Origin: an uncultured Rikenellaceae bacterium
Lineage (GTDB): Bacteria; Bacteroidota; Bacteroidia; Bacteroidales; VadinHA17
Assembly: GCA_964507015.1 (NCBI GenBank)
Contig: CAZDOM010000003.1
Coordinates: 1,085 to 65,084 of the forward strand
Direction: 5' to 3'
Length of the DNA: 64,000 nucleotides
A program made the position numbers and the translations under genes. Shown piece after piece: positions 60,457 through 64,000 of this stretch. The notes beneath the pieces are model-generated. The model did no database searches. It was not told the DNA's origin and saw only the letters and a program-made list of their open reading frames with translations. Every line of letters starts with the position of its first letter. Position 1 is the first letter of the stretch.

Positions 60457-62298
60457 ATGAAAGACACATATATCAGCAGGAGATATGTAATAGGAGGGAT
60501 CATTGTCCTTGCAGCAGTAATGCTGATAATTAAATTATTTTCAATCCAGGTGGTTGAAGATACTTACAGATTATCAGCTGATAATAATGTTTTGCGATAT
60601 GTGACTCAGTATCCTGCCCGGGGATTGATTTACGACAGGAATGGACAACTTATAGTATTCAACCAGGCAGCATATGATCTTATGGTTGTTCCTGCACAGA
60701 CAGGTAATATGGATACAACCCTGTTTTGCAGTGAGCTTGGTATTACAGAGGGATCCTTAAATGACAGGATGAAAGCAGCTGTCAGCTATTCCCGGAGAGC
60801 ACCATCAGTATTCTTAAAACAGATATCTGCTGAAACATATGCCCGGTTCCAGGAAAAAATGTTTATGTTTCCGGGATTTTATGTTCAACCACGAACCCTG
60901 AGAAAATATTCACGACCGGTAGCTTCACATATTCTCGGATATGTCAGCGAGGTGGATGAAAATATTATTAAACAGAATCCCTATTACAAACCGGGTGATT
61001 ATATAGGGAAACTCGGTATTGAAGAAGCTTATGAAAAAGAACTGAGAGGAACCCGGGGTATAAAGATATTTCTGGTAGATGTTTACAGCCGTATAAAAGG
61101 TTCTTATTCCGATGGCAAACTCGATACACTTGCTGTTCAGGGTGCAGATATCATCTCAACAATCGATCTTGACCTGCAGGAATATGGCGAGGAGCTTATG
61201 AGAAACAAAACTGGTAGTATTGTAGCTATTGAACCGGCAACAGGAGAGATTCTTAGTCTTATATCATCGCCCTGCTATGATCCCGGTCTGCTGGTGGGAA
61301 GAATACGATCGGAAAATTATTCCAGACTTCAGTCTGATACACTTCTGCCCCTGTTTAACAGGGCTTTTATGGCTTCTTATCCTCCAGGATCAACGTTTAA
61401 ACCTCTTAACGGACTCATTGGCCTTCAGGAAAAGGTAATTTATCCCGGTACTGAGTTTGGATGTAATAACGGGTATCTTTTTGTGGCATGTCACTCACAC
61501 GAATCTCCTCTCGACCTGAAAGGAGCAATAATGAATTCATGCAATTCCTATTTCTGCCAGACATTCAGAAGAATCCTTGAAAACAATGAATATGAATCAG
61601 TTGCGGCTGCATATGATAAGTGGAAGAGTTACCTTGAAGAGTTTGGATTCGGGAAAAAGCTGGGTACTGAGTTTGTTAATGAACTTCCCGGACTGGTACC
61701 TGGTTCATCCTATTTTGACAGGTATTATGGAAAAGGTAAATGGAAAGCACTAAATGTGATATCACTGGCTATTGGTCAGGGTGAGATAGGGACAACTCCG
61801 CTCCAGATGGCAAACATGACTGCAGCTATTGCCAACAGAGGTTATTATTGTAATCCACATATAGTAAAGTCAGTAGGAAACCACAAAAGTATAGACACAG
61901 CTTATACAACAAAACATAAAATACATATTGATTCAGTAAATTTTGAGAATGTAATACAGGGGATGGAGGCTGCTGTAAACGGGGGAGCAGGTGCTACTGC
62001 CAGAATAGCTGCTTTAAGTGATATTATAGTGTGTGGAAAAACAGGAACAGCACAAAATCCACATGGTGAGAACCATTCAGTATTTATAGCTTTTGCCCCT
62101 AAAGAGAATCCTAAGATTGCTATAGCCGTTTATATTGAAAATGCCGGTTTCGGTGCCACATACGCTGCACCGGTGGCAAGCCTGATGATTGAGAAATACC
62201 TTACAGGACAAATCTCTTATGCTAATAAATGGCAGGAGCAACGTATGCTTGAACTGGACCTGATAAGCAAAAAACAGGGAAATGAGACGGACGATTAA
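60457..62298 (+). CDS. mrdA: Penicillin-binding protein 2
   Basis: RGLIYDRNG, SxxK motif GSTFK, SxN motif SCN, and KTG. Confidence 0.96.
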   Translation: MKDTYISRRYVIGGIIVLAAVMLIIKLFSIQVVEDTYRLSADNNVLRYVTQYPARGLIYDRNGQLIVFNQAAYDLMVVPAQTGNMDTTLFCSELGITEGSLNDRMKAAVSYSRRAPSVFLKQISAETYARFQEKMFMFPGFYVQPRTLRKYSRPVASHILGYVSEVDENIIKQNPYYKPGDYIGKLGIEEAYEKELRGTRGIKIFLVDVYSRIKGSYSDGKLDTLAVQGADIISTIDLDLQEYGEELMRNKTGSIVAIEPATGEILSLISSPCYDPGLLVGRIRSENYSRLQSDTLLPLFNRAFMASYPPGSTFKPLNGLIGLQEKVIYPGTEFGCNNGYLFVACHSHESPLDLKGAIMNSCNSYFCQTFRRILENNEYESVAAAYDKWKSYLEEFGFGKKLGTEFVNELPGLVPGSSYFDRYYGKGKWKALNVISLAIGQGEIGTTPLQMANMTAAIANRGYYCNPHIVKSVGNHKSIDTAYTTKHKIHIDSVNFENVIQGMEAAVNGGAGATARIAALSDIIVCGKTGTAQNPHGENHSVFIAFAPKENPKIAIAVYIENAGFGATYAAPVASLMIEKYLTGQISYANKWQEQRMLELDLISKKQGNETDD

Positions 62299-63706
62299 TA
62301 TATGGAAGGGATTAGATAAGGTTACTATTCTCCTTTTCATCATACTGGTTATGATGGGCTGGTTCAATATTTATGCAGCTGTCTATAACGAAGAACATAC
62401 AGGTATACTTGATCTCTCTCAGCGTTATGGAAAACAATTTATATGGATAATTGCAGCATTCATAATTGCAGCATTTATTGTAATTATTGATACAAGGTTT
62501 TATCTGTTTTTTGCAAGGTTCATTTATAGCGGACTCATTTTACTCCTGTTCATGGTACTTATTTTCGGTAAAGAGATTAATGGTGCAAGATCATGGTTCG
62601 AATTCGGTCAGATTAGTTTACAACCTTCGGAGTTCGCAAAATTCGGAACAGCCCTGTTTCTTGCGGATTTTCTCAATAAGCGAAGGCAGGATTTAACCAG
62701 GTTAAGAGTAATTATACCTGCAGCAGGTATAATATTTCTCCCGGCACTGCTTATTGCTTTACAACCAGACCTTGGATCAACAGTTGTTTTTGTTGCATTT
62801 TTCCTCGTTCTATTCAGAGAGGGTTTGAGCCCTTATGTTTTCCTGTCAGGTCTCCTGATGATTATCCTATTCTTTCTCACACTTCTTTTAAGTGATATTT
62901 ATCTGGAACTTTCCCTGATAGCATTAGCTTTTCTGATTACATTATTTGCGACTAAAAAATGGAAGTTATGTTTAACCGGTCTGAGCATAATCCTGATTAT
63001 ATCCGGATCATTATATGCACTCGACTACTTTGTGCTCAAAACGATTGGAAATAAACTGATTATTATGATTTCCCTTTTCCTGTCGGGGATTGCCTTCAGT
63101 TACCATATATATCTCAGAAAGGCAAAATCAATTCTCGTCATCTATTTTTTTCTGGTTGGGACCATTATATATGTAAATTCTGTAGATTATACCTACAGTC
63201 ACCTTCTTAAAATACACCAGAGGGAAAGAGTTGAAATTATGCTTGGTTTCAAGTCAGATCCTCATGGTACAGGATATAATGTTAACCAGTCAATGATATC
63301 AATAGGTTCGGGAGGACTGACTGGCAAAGGATATCTTCAGGGTACACAGACTAAATTCAAGTTTGTTCCTGCCCAGAGCACTGATTTTATTTTCTGTACT
63401 ATTGGTGAGGAATGGGGTTTCCTCGGATCGGTTACAGTAATAGGTTTATACCTGTTTCTTCTTATAAGGTTAATTATTCTGGCCGAACGACAACGTTCAG
63501 TATTCTCGAGGGTATACGGTTATGGTGTACTCTCAATCTTTTTTATACATTTCTTTATTAATATAGGGATGGCAATTGGCCTGGTACCTGTTATAGGTAT
63601 TCCGTTACCATTCTTAAGCTATGGAGGAAGCTCATTATGGGGTTTCACAATACTGCTGTTTATTTTTCTGAGGCTTGATGCCGGCCGTACAGAATACCTT
63701 GCATGA
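62282..63706 (+). CDS. rodA: SEDS peptidoglycan polymerase RodA
   Basis: LQPSEFAK, QPDLG, STDFIF..IGEEWG and GIPLPFLSYGGSS. Confidence 0.96.
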   Translation: MRRTINIWKGLDKVTILLFIILVMMGWFNIYAAVYNEEHTGILDLSQRYGKQFIWIIAAFIIAAFIVIIDTRFYLFFARFIYSGLILLLFMVLIFGKEINGARSWFEFGQISLQPSEFAKFGTALFLADFLNKRRQDLTRLRVIIPAAGIIFLPALLIALQPDLGSTVVFVAFFLVLFREGLSPYVFLSGLLMIILFFLTLLLSDIYLELSLIALAFLITLFATKKWKLCLTGLSIILIISGSLYALDYFVLKTIGNKLIIMISLFLSGIAFSYHIYLRKAKSILVIYFFLVGTIIYVNSVDYTYSHLLKIHQRERVEIMLGFKSDPHGTGYNVNQSMISIGSGGLTGKGYLQGTQTKFKFVPAQSTDFIFCTIGEEWGFLGSVTVIGLYLFLLIRLIILAERQRSVFSRVYGYGVLSIFFIHFFINIGMAIGLVPVIGIPLPFLSYGGSSLWGFTILLFIFLRLDAGRTEYLA

Positions 63707-64000
63707 TCAGAAAGGGATTATTATTCTGTGTGAAATTTCAATGCCAAAATCTTTTTCAACGTAGTCGATAAGCTGTGGAAAGAATTCCATAAAGTCATCC
63801 TGCAGGGAAAAATAATTTTTCTTCAGTTCACGTATTGCAAATCTTGTTTCTCCCGGAAGAGTAGTTCTCTTACTTAGAGTCTTAAGTACTTGCCTGATAC
63901 CATTGATAGTCTGGTATGATTCTATCCAGTTATTGATAATAAAGAATGGCATCATCTCTCTGACTTCAGCGGGAAGTAAATTGTAATTATTTACCATTGC
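63707..64000 (-). CDS. Acyl carrier protein phosphodiesterase-like protein, C-terminal part (truncated by window edge)
   Basis: NWIESY...LKTLSKRT and FMEFFPQLI resemble the AcpH/DUF479 C-terminus. Only a fragment is visible. Confidence 0.6.
   Translation of the reverse strand, partial: AMVNNYNLLPAEVREMMPFFIINNWIESYQTINGIRQVLKTLSKRTTLPGETRFAIRELKKNYFSLQDDFMEFFPQLIDYVEKDFGIEISHRIIIPF

Noticed and set aside
1-64000. CRISPR arrays, IS elements, prophage, toxin-antitoxin or defence genes, and rRNA
   Set aside because: No spaced direct-repeat arrays, transposase or integrase motifs, phage genes or rRNA-like sequence were seen. Nearly all of the sequence is explained by housekeeping CDS.

Overview
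Core-genome window from a Bacteroidota bacterium, probably Bacteroidales. The assignment is inferred from TAnnTTTG -7 promoter elements, Bacteroidota-type lipoproteins, and Bacteroidota-type argH, carA/carB, serS and tig. The window is gene-dense (about 54 CDS and one tRNA-Leu(TAG)). I found no CRISPR array, transposase, integrase, prophage or defence island. Gene blocks in order: amt-glnK; an OmpA lipoprotein; comM; an acyltransferase; a tandem SiaB-like kinase; lpxH with two TlpA-like lipoproteins; a five-gene glycogen locus (GH133-type debranching enzyme, GT4, GH57, GT3-GT35 fusion, GH13_8-type glgB); ribF-ahcY; greA-hit-comF; ruvC; an S41 protease; serS; rplU-rpmA; thyA-folA; tRNA-Leu-tig-clpP-clpX; tatC-lptB; recQ; carB / argR-argG-argH / carA; a lipoprotein plus a TerB-ABCG-like exporter; rsmA; purH-mreBCD-mrdA-rodA. 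The best leads are: (1) the lipoprotein plus TerB/beta-domain/ABCG-type transporter pair; (2) a GH57 enzyme with a coiled coil and histone-H1-like tail inside a glycogen locus that also fuses synthase to phosphorylase; (3) an orphan tandem SiaB kinase whose second G-box is degenerate; (4) a mosaic arg locus with tandem ARG boxes, a Thermotoga/eukaryote-like ArgG and a split carAB; (5) a terminator-like hairpin at the start of the greA transcript. All family assignments come from motif recognition by eye; no database searches were run.
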